This document shows, one piece after another, positions 41,800-51,198 of a DNA stretch of 64,000 bases (position 1 is its first letter; each line of letters begins with the position of its first letter). The notes beneath the pieces are model-generated. The model saw only the letters and a list, made by a program, of their open reading frames with translations. It made no database searches and had not been told where the DNA came from. The DNA comes from Candidatus Moraniibacteriota bacterium (GTDB lineage: Bacteria; Patescibacteriota; Minisyncoccia; Moranbacterales; UBA1568): the NCBI GenBank assembly GCA_963778555.1, contig CAVZUR010000004.1, positions 244,151 to 308,150 of the forward strand. The letters are read 5' to 3'. A program made the translations under genes and the position numbers.

Positions 41800-42207
41800 T
41801 TAGCAGCCCGCCGGAAAAGTCACACCATTCGCATCGATGATTGTGCCCCCATTCGTCTCGCAAGCGGTCGCGGTCGCTCCCGTACCTAGATCGACTGATT
41901 CCAGAGCGATATTGAACGTTCCGACACCCGTCGGAGTACAGCTTTGCACAGGGAGACCCAGTGCCATGGTATCGATATAGCTAGTTCCGCTGGTTGGCTC
42001 AGAGAGGTTGGCACCGAGAACAATGACCGTATCATCACAGATGCGGACCGCCGCGACTTGAATCGAATGGACCTGGGCTTTATAGCTCGCCACCAATGCC
42101 CGCTCTCGAGAGCCTATCAAAGAGACCAGGACAATCGAAGCGAGCAGACCGATGAGTCCAACCACGATCAGAATCTCGATTATGGTGAACCCTTTAAGCT
42201 GGTTCAT
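41800..42207 (-). CDS. Type IV major-pilin paralogue 1
   Basis: MNQLKGFTIIEILIVVGLIGLLASIVLVSLIGSRERA... ends ...GVTFPAGC. Confidence 0.8.
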   Translation of the reverse strand: MNQLKGFTIIEILIVVGLIGLLASIVLVSLIGSRERALVASYKAQVHSIQVAAVRICDDTVIVLGANLSEPTSGTSYIDTMALGLPVQSCTPTGVGTFNIALESVDLGTGATATACETNGGTIIDANGVTFPAGC

Positions 42208-42369
42208 TCATTTTTCTCTAAAATGTATAGGGGGAGGTTTTGGATACCCCCCCGGTTCACGTGCGGTTTCAATGAAATAGGGAGATAGCTGTTTGAAAAG
42301 TCCAGACTCGCTTGATCGGCAATAGCGGCATTCACTGTTCCCCAATTACACCCCGAGAAACACGCACTT

Positions 42370-42759
42370 TCAACAACCGACAAAAGCGGTTATCCCTGTC
42401 TCCTCTATCGTGGCTGTACACGGAGTAGTCAATACAGCTGAGGGCACATCGGCGCTAAACGTCTTCGCATCGTTCACACCGCAGAGCTGCCCATTATCGA
42501 CGATTCCAGCCGCATCAATATCGGCGGGAAAAGAACCGAACGATCCCGTCACATCGGTATAGTCGATGTCACTAGAATCGCAAGCCTCAATCGCCTTCGT
42601 CTGAATCGAATGCACGACCGCCTTGAACCGGGCCACCTTGGCTCTCTCACGCGCTCCCGTCAGGGAGACGAGCACGATCGAGGCGAGAATACCGATGATC
42701 GCGATGACGATGAGGAGTTCGATGAGGGTGAATGCACGAGACGTTCTCGATAGAGGCAT
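42370..42759 (-). CDS. Type IV major-pilin paralogue 2 (Ala at -1 of the leader)
   Basis: MPLSRTSRAFTLIELLIVIAIIGILASIVLVSLTGARERAKVA... ends ...GITAFVGC. Confidence 0.8.
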   Translation of the reverse strand: MPLSRTSRAFTLIELLIVIAIIGILASIVLVSLTGARERAKVARFKAVVHSIQTKAIEACDSSDIDYTDVTGSFGSFPADIDAAGIVDNGQLCGVNDAKTFSADVPSAVLTTPCTATIEETGITAFVGC

Positions 42760-42763
42760 ACCG

Positions 42764-43186
42764 CTAACAACCCACGGGGAAAGTCACGCCGGTTTCATCG
42801 AGCGTCGTGCTGTCATCCACGGCACAGGCGGTCGCAGCTGCTCCAGCGCCCAGATTGATAGACTCAAGTGCGATACTAAAGTTGCCCGCGCCATCCACAC
42901 CACAATTCGAAGACGTGTAGGTGACGTTGGCCGCGGCCGTAATCTTATTATTGGTCGCCGGAAACGCGATCTCTCCATCCGCGAGCGTGCCGTCCGCATC
43001 CGAGTCGCAGGCGAGCACCGCTGCGGCCTGAAACGAGTGAACTTGGGCCTTGTAACTCGCGATTTGCGCCTTCTCACGCGCTCCCGTCAGGGAGACGAGC
43101 ACGATCGAGGCGAGAATACCGATGATCGCGATGACGATGAGGAGTTCGATGAGGGTGAAACCGTACTTTTTTGTGAGAATACGCAT
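42764..43186 (-). CDS. Type IV major-pilin paralogue 3
   Basis: MRILTKKYGFTLIELLIVIAIIGILASIVLVSLTGAREKAQIA... ends ...GVTFPVGC. Confidence 0.8.
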   Translation of the reverse strand: MRILTKKYGFTLIELLIVIAIIGILASIVLVSLTGAREKAQIASYKAQVHSFQAAAVLACDSDADGTLADGEIAFPATNNKITAAANVTYTSSNCGVDGAGNFSIALESINLGAGAAATACAVDDSTTLDETGVTFPVGC

Positions 43187-43257
43187 AGTATGTAGCGCGT
43201 CACCTGAACTAGGCAGAGGACCAATCCAGATTCCGATACGCTCTAGTGTTGATTAAT

Positions 43258-43686
43258 TTAGCACCCCGCTGGAAAAACAATCCCGGTATGAGAGATCAGT
43301 GTTCCATCAGCACCCGCGCACGCGACGGCAGCCGCACCCGTACCGAGGTTGATGGACTCGGTCCGAAGGTCAAACGTCCCGGCACCATTGATGCCGCAAC
43401 TCGAGGCGGTGAATGTAATTGTGTTGATCTTGCTGTTCGTAGCGGGAGTCGCTACTTCGCCGGCCGCGAGCGTTCCGTTCGCATCCGAGTCGCACGCGAG
43501 AATCGCGGCGGCCTGGAACGAGTGGGCCTGCGCTTTGTAGACGGCGATCTGCGCCTTCTCACGCGCTCCCGTCAGGGAGACGAGCACGATCGAGGCGAGA
43601 ATACCGATGATCGCGATGACGATGAGGAGTTCGATCAAGGTGAAACCGTGTTTTTTCAATGACTGCTTTCTAATCACTCTACGCAT
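43258..43686 (-). CDS. Type IV major-pilin paralogue 4
   Basis: MRRVIRKQSLKKHGFTLIELLIVIAIIGILASIVLVSLTGAREKAQIAVYKAQAHSF... ends ...GIVFPAGC. It is near-identical to paralogue 5. Confidence 0.8.
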   Translation of the reverse strand: MRRVIRKQSLKKHGFTLIELLIVIAIIGILASIVLVSLTGAREKAQIAVYKAQAHSFQAAAILACDSDANGTLAAGEVATPATNSKINTITFTASSCGINGAGTFDLRTESINLGTGAAAVACAGADGTLISHTGIVFPAGC

Positions 43687-43805
43687 ATTTTTTTATTTTG
43701 GCTGTCACAATCATTGTACCGCAACACCTCAAAGATGGCTATATTTTGTCAAGAGGTGCGCTTATTCAGGGCCCGAGAATCACATACGGGGAACGATACA
43801 AGAAA

Positions 43806-43825
43806 GAGCCGTTCAAAAACGGCTC
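43806..43825 (-). terminator. Rho-independent terminator after pilin paralogue 5
   Basis: GAGCCGTT-caaaa-AACGGCTC is followed by a T-rich tract (read on the minus strand: GAGCCGTTTTTGAACGGCTC TTTCTT). Confidence 0.5.
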
Positions 43826-43854
43826 TTTCTATCCCCAAAGTCGAAACTGAAACA

Positions 43855-44262
43855 CTAGCAGCCCGCAGGGAAGACAACACCCGTATCAGAGATGATGGTT
43901 GCATCCGCACCCGCGCACGCGACGGCAGCCGCGCCCGTACCGAGGTTGATGGACTCAGTCGCCAGAGTGAACGTTCCCGCACCATTCGTACCGCAACTCG
44001 AGGTCGTGAACGTAATGGTGTTGATCTTGCTGTTCGTAGCGGGAGTCGCTACTTCGCCGGCCGCGAGCGTACCGTTCGCATCCGAGTCGCACGCGAGAAT
44101 CGCGGCGGCTTGGAACGAGTGGACCTGCGCTTTGTAGACGGCGATCTGCGCCTTCTCACGCGCTCCCGTCAGGGAGACGAGCACGATCGAGGCGAGAATA
44201 CCGATGATCGCGATGACGATGAGGAGTTCGATCAAGGTGAAACCTTTGTATGTTTTATTCAT
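43855..44262 (-). CDS. Type IV major-pilin paralogue 5
   Basis: MNKTYKGFTLIELLIVIAIIGILASIVLVSLTGAREKAQIAVYKAQVHSF... ends ...GVVFPAGC. Confidence 0.8.
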   Translation of the reverse strand: MNKTYKGFTLIELLIVIAIIGILASIVLVSLTGAREKAQIAVYKAQVHSFQAAAILACDSDANGTLAAGEVATPATNSKINTITFTTSSCGTNGAGTFTLATESINLGTGAAAVACAGADATIISDTGVVFPAGC

Positions 44263-44469
44263 ATTCTCACCTCCTTTCTTGTTTTGTTTTTATCTTCTGC
44301 ATTTCTATTGTATCCCATTTTCGACACTTCGTGTAGCTTTCTGTCAACCCCGTTAAAAGTCTGTCCGGAATGGGTATTGGGAAGTGATAGCAAGAAGATA
44401 TGGGTAGACCTGTTTCAACAATCTTTTTTGTCAGCCTTCTAACAGGATTGAGCCACACCGATTACGAAA

Positions 44470-45687
44470 TTACAATTGGCCCGCGATATTGTATACCGGC
44501 ATGAGAATACCAATCGTGAGAATACCGACGCCGATGCCAAGACCGACGATCAGAATCGGCTCAATCAAGGACGTCAGGTTGCGAGTCATGACCTCCACCT
44601 CCTGATTATAGAACTTCCCGATTCCCTCGAGCACATGCGCCATGGTGCCCGTTTCTTCGCCGATTCTCACCATCTGTGCGACGATTGGTGGAATCTCTTC
44701 GGGATACTTCTGGAACACGACGCTCATCGCCCCGCCTGTTTTCACTTCTTCTGCCGCTTTCAGCATGATTTGGGCATACACCGTGCTACCGATGACATCG
44801 CTCGTAATCATGAGCGCCCGGACGACCGGAATGCCGCCCGCCATGAGGGCTGCCAGATTCTCGGAGAGCCGGGTGATAAAGACGTTCTTCGCAAGTGTCT
44901 TAAAGACCGGCAGGTGAAGCACGATGATATCCCACTCATGCCGGCCGCTTTCCGACTTGAAGTAGTAGAAGATACCGATGGCAATCGCCCCGAGAACAAA
45001 AAGGACTGCCCACCAATATTGGTTCATAAAGTCCCCCAGATTAATCAGTACGGTCGTATACCACGGTACCGCAATCGCCATATCTTTGATGATGACGGTG
45101 ATTTTCGGCAGGATGAACGTAATGACCAGAAAGCCGATGATTCCCGCGACGAAAATCACGAAGGCGGGGTAGAACAACGCACCCTTTATCTTCGACGTCA
45201 GATGATAGTTTTTCTCGATACTATCCGCCACGAACTCGATGGAATGCTGGAGGTTGCCAGAAATCTCACCAGCCCGGATGATATTGATAGTCATGGTATC
45301 GAACACTTTGGGGTGCTTTTCGAGCGACTCGGAAAAAGACATGCCGTCTTCGATATTGTCCTCGATCTCATTGAGCACGACCCGCAGATACCGGTTGCTC
45401 ATCTCTTCACTGATAGTCTTGAGCGACGTCACGACCGGCACGCGCGCTTCAATGAGCGTTGCGAGCTGGCGGAAAATGACCATCAGTTCCTTCGGTGACA
45501 CGCCCTCCCAAAGCTTCTGGATATCGCGGAGATAACTCTCAATGCTCCCCTTCTCTTCCGTGGCGACCTGGAGCGGGATGAGACCGTTTTTCTGGAGAAT
45601 GTCGATTGCCGCCTCGCGGGAAATGGCTTCAACCAAACCCTCTTTCAGATCTCCGGTCTCAGTTTTGGCTTTGAAATTGAATTTCAT
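44470..45687 (-). CDS. pilC: Type IV pilus platform protein (GspF family)
   Basis: 405 aa with two GspF repeats and three TM segments. The sequence character is typical of this family. Confidence 0.9.
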   Translation of the reverse strand: MKFNFKAKTETGDLKEGLVEAISREAAIDILQKNGLIPLQVATEEKGSIESYLRDIQKLWEGVSPKELMVIFRQLATLIEARVPVVTSLKTISEEMSNRYLRVVLNEIEDNIEDGMSFSESLEKHPKVFDTMTINIIRAGEISGNLQHSIEFVADSIEKNYHLTSKIKGALFYPAFVIFVAGIIGFLVITFILPKITVIIKDMAIAVPWYTTVLINLGDFMNQYWWAVLFVLGAIAIGIFYYFKSESGRHEWDIIVLHLPVFKTLAKNVFITRLSENLAALMAGGIPVVRALMITSDVIGSTVYAQIMLKAAEEVKTGGAMSVVFQKYPEEIPPIVAQMVRIGEETGTMAHVLEGIGKFYNQEVEVMTRNLTSLIEPILIVGLGIGVGILTIGILMPVYNIAGQL

Positions 45688-45798
45688 AACAGTCCGTTAT
45701 TCCCTCCAGCGGCCGATTCGAATTATTTCCGGACAGCGCAGTATCGATCGCGTGCCGCCTGATCGTTGGCGGTTGAGCCCAGAATCGGCGTCGCCGAG

Positions 45799-46884
45799 CT
45801 ACTGCTCTTCTTTCCGGACCAGCATGGTGAAATAATCCTTGTTCTTGGCATAAGAAATCGCATCGTCGATGGAGACGACGCCCCGTCGGACGAGATCAGC
45901 CAGCGAGCGATCCAGTGAAATCATCCCCTCCTTCATACTCGTCTCAATGACGGAATCCAGCTGATGCACCTTATTTTCGCGGATAAGATTCTCGATTGCA
46001 TGGTTCTTGAACATGATTTCGATAGCTGGCACGCGACCACCCGCCAGCGATGGCAGGAGACGCTGCGACACTACGCCGAGGAGCACATTGGCGAGCTGGA
46101 GTCGGATCTGGTTCTGCTGATGTGCAGGGAAAACGTCGATGATGCGATCGATAGTCTGAGGCGCGTCATTAGTGTGGAGCGTCGCGAAGATGAGATGACC
46201 CGTCTCGGCAGCGGTCATCGCCGTCGAGATCGTATCCAGGTCGCGAAGCTCACCGAGGAGCACGACGTTCACATCTTCGCGCAAGACGGCCCGCAGCGCC
46301 GTCGCGAAACTCTTGGCGTCACGACCGACTTCGCGTTGATTGATGATGCAGTGGTCCTGCTCATAGACGAACTCGATCGGGTCCTCGATCGTCACGATGT
46401 GTTTCTCTTGGTGATGGTTGATGTAGTCGATCAGTGCAGCCAAGGTCGTTGATTTTCCGTGGCCAACTGGTCCCGTCATGAGCACGAGTCCCTGCGAAAC
46501 ATTGGTGAAATTGTAGAGGGACGGGGGTACGCCAAGTTCTTCAAGTGGCCGGATCTTGTTCATCACGAAACGCATCGCAATCGATACGTAGCCCTTCTGA
46601 TAGAAGATATTGACCCGGAAACGTGCCCGATCCTCAAAATTATACGAGAGGTCAGTCTGACCGTCTTCTGCCAGCTCGACTTTCTTGTCCTCAGTCAGAA
46701 TAATCTCAGACATGGCCTTGGTATCAGCCGGGGTCAGAATCTTCTCTTTGGTCAGTTGATGGAGCTTGCCATTGATCCGCAGCGTCGGAAAACGGCCGAT
46801 GACGAAATGGACATCGGATGCGCCCTGCTGCCCCACAATCGCGAGTATGCTTTTCAGCCGTGCCTCAACGTCGAGTTGTCCCAT
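45799..46884 (-). CDS. pilT: Twitching-motility (retraction) ATPase
   Basis: ...LVLMTGPVGHGKSTTLAALIDYIN...TIEDPIEF...VLLGELRDLDTISTAMTAAETGHLIFATLHTNDA... Confidence 0.9.
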   Translation of the reverse strand: MGQLDVEARLKSILAIVGQQGASDVHFVIGRFPTLRINGKLHQLTKEKILTPADTKAMSEIILTEDKKVELAEDGQTDLSYNFEDRARFRVNIFYQKGYVSIAMRFVMNKIRPLEELGVPPSLYNFTNVSQGLVLMTGPVGHGKSTTLAALIDYINHHQEKHIVTIEDPIEFVYEQDHCIINQREVGRDAKSFATALRAVLREDVNVVLLGELRDLDTISTAMTAAETGHLIFATLHTNDAPQTIDRIIDVFPAHQQNQIRLQLANVLLGVVSQRLLPSLAGGRVPAIEIMFKNHAIENLIRENKVHQLDSVIETSMKEGMISLDRSLADLVRRGVVSIDDAISYAKNKDYFTMLVRKEEQ

Positions 46885-46928
46885 AAGTGTTTGTTTCTGC
46901 TCTTTACTCTAACACGCCTACAAAGTTT

Positions 46929-48608
46929 TCACTCTTCATCGATGAGCGACCCTTCCGTAACACGCTCGACTTCTTCAATCGTCGTGATTCCTTTCAGAAC
47001 CTTCAGAAGACCGTCTCCCTTCATGAGCATCATTTTCTGACGAGCCGCCTCCTTTTTCAGCTCATTCTCGCTGGCCGCCTTATCGGTAATAATGACTTTC
47101 GCCTCCTCAGTCACTTCGAAAACTTCATAGATTGCGATTCGGCCCTTATAGCCAGACTGCTTGCATTTATCGCAGCCCTTCCCTTCATACACCTTGATTG
47201 GAGCATGCGGCGCGATATCATAGTTCACAAGCTCCTCGGGTGTGATCGCGGCACGGGTCGTCTCAATCTGCTTCAGCATGCCCGGCGTCAGCGTCACTTC
47301 TTGCTTGCAGTGCTCACAGATCCGACGCACGAGCCGCTGTGCGGCCAGCGCCTGGATTGAGGCTGCCAACAAAAATGGTTCTGCACCCATATCGATAAGG
47401 CGGGGAAGTCCTTTGATCGCATCATTCGTATGGAGCGTCGAAAGGACGAGATGGCCGGTCAAAGCAGCATGGATCGCGAGCTCACCGGTCTCTTCGTCGC
47501 GAATCTCGCCGACCATGATGACGTTCGGATCTTGGCGCAGAATAGAGCGCAGACCATCAGCAAACGAGTAGCCGATCTCAGGCCGGATTTGGCTCTGATT
47601 GATGCCGTCCATGAAATACTCAATCGGATCTTCGAGTGTGATGATATTGCGCTCCTCTCGATTCAGGATTTGAAGAAAAGCGTACAGCGTTGTGGATTTT
47701 CCCGAACCGGTCGGTCCGGTGTTGAGGATGATACCAAATGGCTCCATGATCTTCCGCAGCAAGACTTCGCGGTTCCTCCCCCAGAGTCCGAGCTTGTCCA
47801 AGTCAGCCATATTATCGGATTTGTCCAGAATACGCATGACGACCTTTTCTCCTCCGATGACAGGCAGGGTCGAGACGCGAAGATCGATGGACTTACGTTC
47901 GGCCTCGACCCGAAAGCGGCCGTCTTGAGGCTTACGCTTCTCATCGATCTTCAGGTTCGCGAGGATCTTGATGCGAGAAACCACCGCCTTCCCGACTTCG
48001 TTGGGAAAAACGAGTGTCGCACGCAGAATCCCGTCCACACGGAAACGCACACGGTAATTTCCATCGACCGGTTCGATATGGATATCGCTTGCTCGGCCGT
48101 CCATCGCGTGCTTCACGATGATATCGACCAGTTTGGCAATTGGGGCGTCTTGGAGGATCTCCGGCATCTGACTACCGGACTTCTTCTGCACTTGAGCCAG
48201 CACTGCCTGCTCATCGGTTTTGAGAGAATTGATGGCTTCTTCCAGCACTCGCTCCGTGCCGGTATAAAGTTTCAGAAGCTCCTCGAACATTTCAGCCGAC
48301 ACCAGCGATACCTCAATGGCGAGCCGCTCCTTCTCGGCGATAAAGCGCAGCGCGTTCAGGGCATCGAAATCCTGCGGATTAACCATCGCCACTTGGAGCA
48401 CTCCATCACGCTCATCGAAAACACACATCCGGTACTTTTTCGCTGTGTCCTCAGGAATAACTGACAGAATCGCCTTATCCACCTTTTCCGGCAGCTTATC
48501 AAGCCAGGGCACCCCAAGGCTTTTGGCCAGCGCGCTGGCATCCTGAACCAGCGGTGCTGCCGTCTCACCGCTGGCCGACCCAGCTCTCGATGTTGTTTCT
48601 TCAGGCAT
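46929..48608 (-). CDS. pilB: Type IV pilus assembly ATPase (GspE family) with a tetracysteine Zn motif
   Basis: ...LNTGPTGSGKSTTLYAFLQILN...TLEDPIEY...MVGEIRDEETGELAIHAALTGHLVLSTLHTND...CEHCKQ...GCDKCKQSGYKGR... Confidence 0.9.
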   Translation of the reverse strand: MPEETTSRAGSASGETAAPLVQDASALAKSLGVPWLDKLPEKVDKAILSVIPEDTAKKYRMCVFDERDGVLQVAMVNPQDFDALNALRFIAEKERLAIEVSLVSAEMFEELLKLYTGTERVLEEAINSLKTDEQAVLAQVQKKSGSQMPEILQDAPIAKLVDIIVKHAMDGRASDIHIEPVDGNYRVRFRVDGILRATLVFPNEVGKAVVSRIKILANLKIDEKRKPQDGRFRVEAERKSIDLRVSTLPVIGGEKVVMRILDKSDNMADLDKLGLWGRNREVLLRKIMEPFGIILNTGPTGSGKSTTLYAFLQILNREERNIITLEDPIEYFMDGINQSQIRPEIGYSFADGLRSILRQDPNVIMVGEIRDEETGELAIHAALTGHLVLSTLHTNDAIKGLPRLIDMGAEPFLLAASIQALAAQRLVRRICEHCKQEVTLTPGMLKQIETTRAAITPEELVNYDIAPHAPIKVYEGKGCDKCKQSGYKGRIAIYEVFEVTEEAKVIITDKAASENELKKEAARQKMMLMKGDGLLKVLKGITTIEEVERVTEGSLIDEE

Positions 48609-48617
48609 GAACGGAAG

Positions 48618-49415
48618 CTACTCGAAGGGATTAGCTTTTCCCCCACCACTGGCATCAATTGGTGCCGGCGGATTCTTCACAAATGAGGTGGCTTTATCAG
48701 CAGCGGAAAAGTCGAAGATTTCGCTCTCAAAAATCGGGTTGCTCAGCGCGCTTGCGACGCGCTTCTCGACGATGTAGGGAAAATCGGCCTGAAACGATCC
48801 GACGAGAAAATTATCCTGTATGCCTTTGGCGGCGTCCTCTTCCGCTTGGTTTTCATCCTTTTTCAGGTACAGCATCGAGAACTCGCGTGTCACATGCAGG
48901 CGATCCGCCCGGTAAATACGGCCAAAAAAATTTTTGATATTCGGATAGGCTCCCAGTACGGTAATCTTCGAAGAATAGCTCTCAGGAAAAACAGCGAGAA
49001 CCGCTTCTGCTTGCGCGGCCAGCGCTTCAGGTGTGAGACCCTCAGTCGAAACACCGAGCGTTGGATCAATGGCTGTCGGTGGCCGCGTGAACGGAATTTT
49101 CGTAATCATAACATCCGTTATAATGATACCCGACTGCAGCGCAAAGAAATTGAACATATCTACAATGCGTTCCTCATCGAGCATTTTCGGATAGTATCGT
49201 TCGATGAAACGAGCCGTCTCGCCACGACTCTCGATTGCGCCTGAAAGGGTTTGAATGTTTTTTTCAACCGATTCCACTTTGGCCAGCGACCCTTGGGCAG
49301 CCGCAATCTCATCGCGCTTGGCAAAAATCGCACTCACATTTGGTTTGATATAGCTGACGGCAATAATCAACTCCAGGATGATGAATGTCGGAAGGATGAG
49401 GATTTTTAGGCTCAT
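48618..49415 (-). CDS. pilO: PilO-like pilus assembly protein
   Basis: N-terminal TM anchor, then a coiled coil and a periplasmic domain. Its position between pilN and pilB is conserved. Confidence 0.5.
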   Translation of the reverse strand: MSLKILILPTFIILELIIAVSYIKPNVSAIFAKRDEIAAAQGSLAKVESVEKNIQTLSGAIESRGETARFIERYYPKMLDEERIVDMFNFFALQSGIIITDVMITKIPFTRPPTAIDPTLGVSTEGLTPEALAAQAEAVLAVFPESYSSKITVLGAYPNIKNFFGRIYRADRLHVTREFSMLYLKKDENQAEEDAAKGIQDNFLVGSFQADFPYIVEKRVASALSNPIFESEIFDFSAADKATSFVKNPPAPIDASGGGKANPFE

Positions 49416-49447
49416 AATCAGCGGACGCGACTTAGGATGTCTCAGGC

Positions 49448-49978
49448 TTACCAGCGACGGTGAGTGTCAGCAGGAATATCTATCTGCCCGTCGTCGGCAT
49501 ACTTGATGCTCTCAGCATGCACTGTCTGCACTCCGTCGAGCTTCTTCAAAGAAAGCATCTGCTGCGCGAGGTAGCGCAGACTCGACGTCACTCCGCCAAC
49601 GGTAATGAGTCCCTCCGTCTGCCGATGCGTGTACTCCGTTATCCGGATTGCCGGCAAGACGACACGTTCCAATCCTGCGAAGACCACTCCCGGATCCGGA
49701 TTCGCCTTGAGGTTCTCATCGATCGTATCGATCCGCGAACGGACATCCGCGACTCGATTGACCGACGGACCCTTGAGGCCAGCCAACTTTTCTGCTGAGC
49801 TGACCTGTAGGACTACCAGCTCCTCTTCAATCGTGCCGAGATACCAGGTCGAGCCGCCATACGCCGCCACGACCAGGAGAAAAATTGCGATATTGACGAA
49901 CAACCCCCGATCGAAGAACTTTCCCCGAGCTAACGCTTGTTTTTCTTGGATCGATTGGGAGAGGTTGATGCCTGCCAT
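49448..49978 (-). CDS. pilN: PilN-like pilus assembly protein
   Basis: Single-TM bitopic protein immediately downstream of pilM. Confidence 0.55.
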   Translation of the reverse strand: MAGINLSQSIQEKQALARGKFFDRGLFVNIAIFLLVVAAYGGSTWYLGTIEEELVVLQVSSAEKLAGLKGPSVNRVADVRSRIDTIDENLKANPDPGVVFAGLERVVLPAIRITEYTHRQTEGLITVGGVTSSLRYLAQQMLSLKKLDGVQTVHAESIKYADDGQIDIPADTHRRW

Positions 49979-50010
49979 ACGCGATATTTGTTTTATGCCC
50001 CGCCCGCTGA

Positions 50011-51087
50011 TCAGTGTTTTTTGATGGAGCGGTTCGCGCCATGCAGCGCCAGTCCGAGAGCGATAGAAAAGGATGTGCCCATTTGAGAAATCGCGCCTTT
50101 GAGCTCAGGGCGAGAGTGGACATGCCGCCAGGGATTGCCGATCGTGACCGGCAAGTGCAACATATCCGCATAATACGTCGTAATCCCCGTCAAACTCGCC
50201 GTCCCGCCCGAGAGAATTATACCATCAATCGCTTGGTCAGGATGCTTCAATCGATGCATCGAAATAATCCGCTCCATCTCCGCTCCGATCGCCTCGAGCG
50301 CCGGGAATATCATCTTCGAATCGCGCGCATTGAGATAGTCCTTGTCGCTCTTCTTCAGTTCCTCGGCGCGATCGAGCGCGATACCGAGTCCTTCGGTCAG
50401 GGTTCGCGTCACTTCGCGCCCGCCGACATCCAGATTTCGGCTCACTTTGACGAGTCCATTCTCCACCAAAACAATATTTGTCGCGCGTGAACCGATATCA
50501 ACCACGAGAAAGAGACCCTGATCGCTGCCCACCACCGAGCGGACCAGAGAGAATGTCTCAAGCTCCAATAGCTTCATCGTGCAATTCACCGATTTGACGT
50601 AGCTCTCATACCGTTCTACCTCTTTGTTCAGAGCTGCGACCAGAAGTACTTCGACACGTTCCGATCCGGGTTCTTTTCCAGCCTCTCCCGCGGCATGCGT
50701 CTCGCCGACGATCTCCCACGAAAGCGCTACCTCCTCTAAAGGCGAAGGAATATATTTATGCGCCTCAAATTGGATTGCTTCCTGAAGCTCCTTTTCGCTC
50801 ATCTTTGGGAATTCCACAAGCGCCACCAGCCCAATGAAAGCCGGCATCGCGACATAGACCTCCTTCGTCTTGGGCTGGAGACGCTCAAGAAGCGCGCGGA
50901 GATACGTCGTCACGCGCGCATCATAGCTGCCCTGCTGATTTTCTCCGCTTTGCTCGATTGTGGTCAGGTTGATCTCGGCATAATTCTCGAGCATGACTGA
51001 GCCCTCCACAACTCGAAGTTCGACCGCCTTGATGGAAGACGTGCCGAAATCGATACCCAAAAAAGTCGGTTTATTGAATCCGAACAT
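50011..51087 (-). CDS. pilM: Type IV pilus assembly protein PilM (actin-like ATPase fold)
   Basis: MFGFNKPTFLGIDFGTSSIKAVEL...VVDIGSRATNIVLV... matches the PilM/FtsA-like family. Confidence 0.85.
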   Translation of the reverse strand: MFGFNKPTFLGIDFGTSSIKAVELRVVEGSVMLENYAEINLTTIEQSGENQQGSYDARVTTYLRALLERLQPKTKEVYVAMPAFIGLVALVEFPKMSEKELQEAIQFEAHKYIPSPLEEVALSWEIVGETHAAGEAGKEPGSERVEVLLVAALNKEVERYESYVKSVNCTMKLLELETFSLVRSVVGSDQGLFLVVDIGSRATNIVLVENGLVKVSRNLDVGGREVTRTLTEGLGIALDRAEELKKSDKDYLNARDSKMIFPALEAIGAEMERIISMHRLKHPDQAIDGIILSGGTASLTGITTYYADMLHLPVTIGNPWRHVHSRPELKGAISQMGTSFSIALGLALHGANRSIKKH

Positions 51088-51198
51088 TGTCTGTTTTATT
51101 TCATTGTCACTATATCATATTTCCGTCCACCAAGAGAAAAAATATGGAGCGCTACAAAGTTGAGCGAGAGCGGTGTATACTATGCATATATATAGTGT

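Larger units (their letters stand above)
42645..44245 (-). repeat. Four direct copies of an identical ~95-100-bp segment (the pilin N-terminal coding region) at about 42645-42735, 43069-43160, 43546-43645 and 44152-44245. Paralogues 4 and 5 are near-identical over almost their whole length.
   Basis: By eye the DNA string ...TTCTCACGCGCTCCCGTCAGGGAGACGAGCACGATCGAGGCGAGAATACCGATGATCGCGATGACGATGAGGAGTTCGAT... recurs four times. Confidence 0.8.

Noticed and set aside
42645-44245. Regularly spaced ~100-bp direct repeats as a CRISPR-like array
   Set aside because: The repeats are far longer than CRISPR repeats and lie inside coding sequence, where they encode the pilin N-terminal helix. The spacing (~420-600 bp) equals gene length. 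They are paralogous gene duplications.
44476-48464. Long plus-strand ORFs (340 aa at 44476..45498 and 344 aa at 47430..48464) opposite pilC and pilB
   Set aside because: They are antisense to intact, highly conserved pilC and pilB. The peptides are Arg/His/Asp-rich low-complexity sequence, so I treat them as shadow ORFs.
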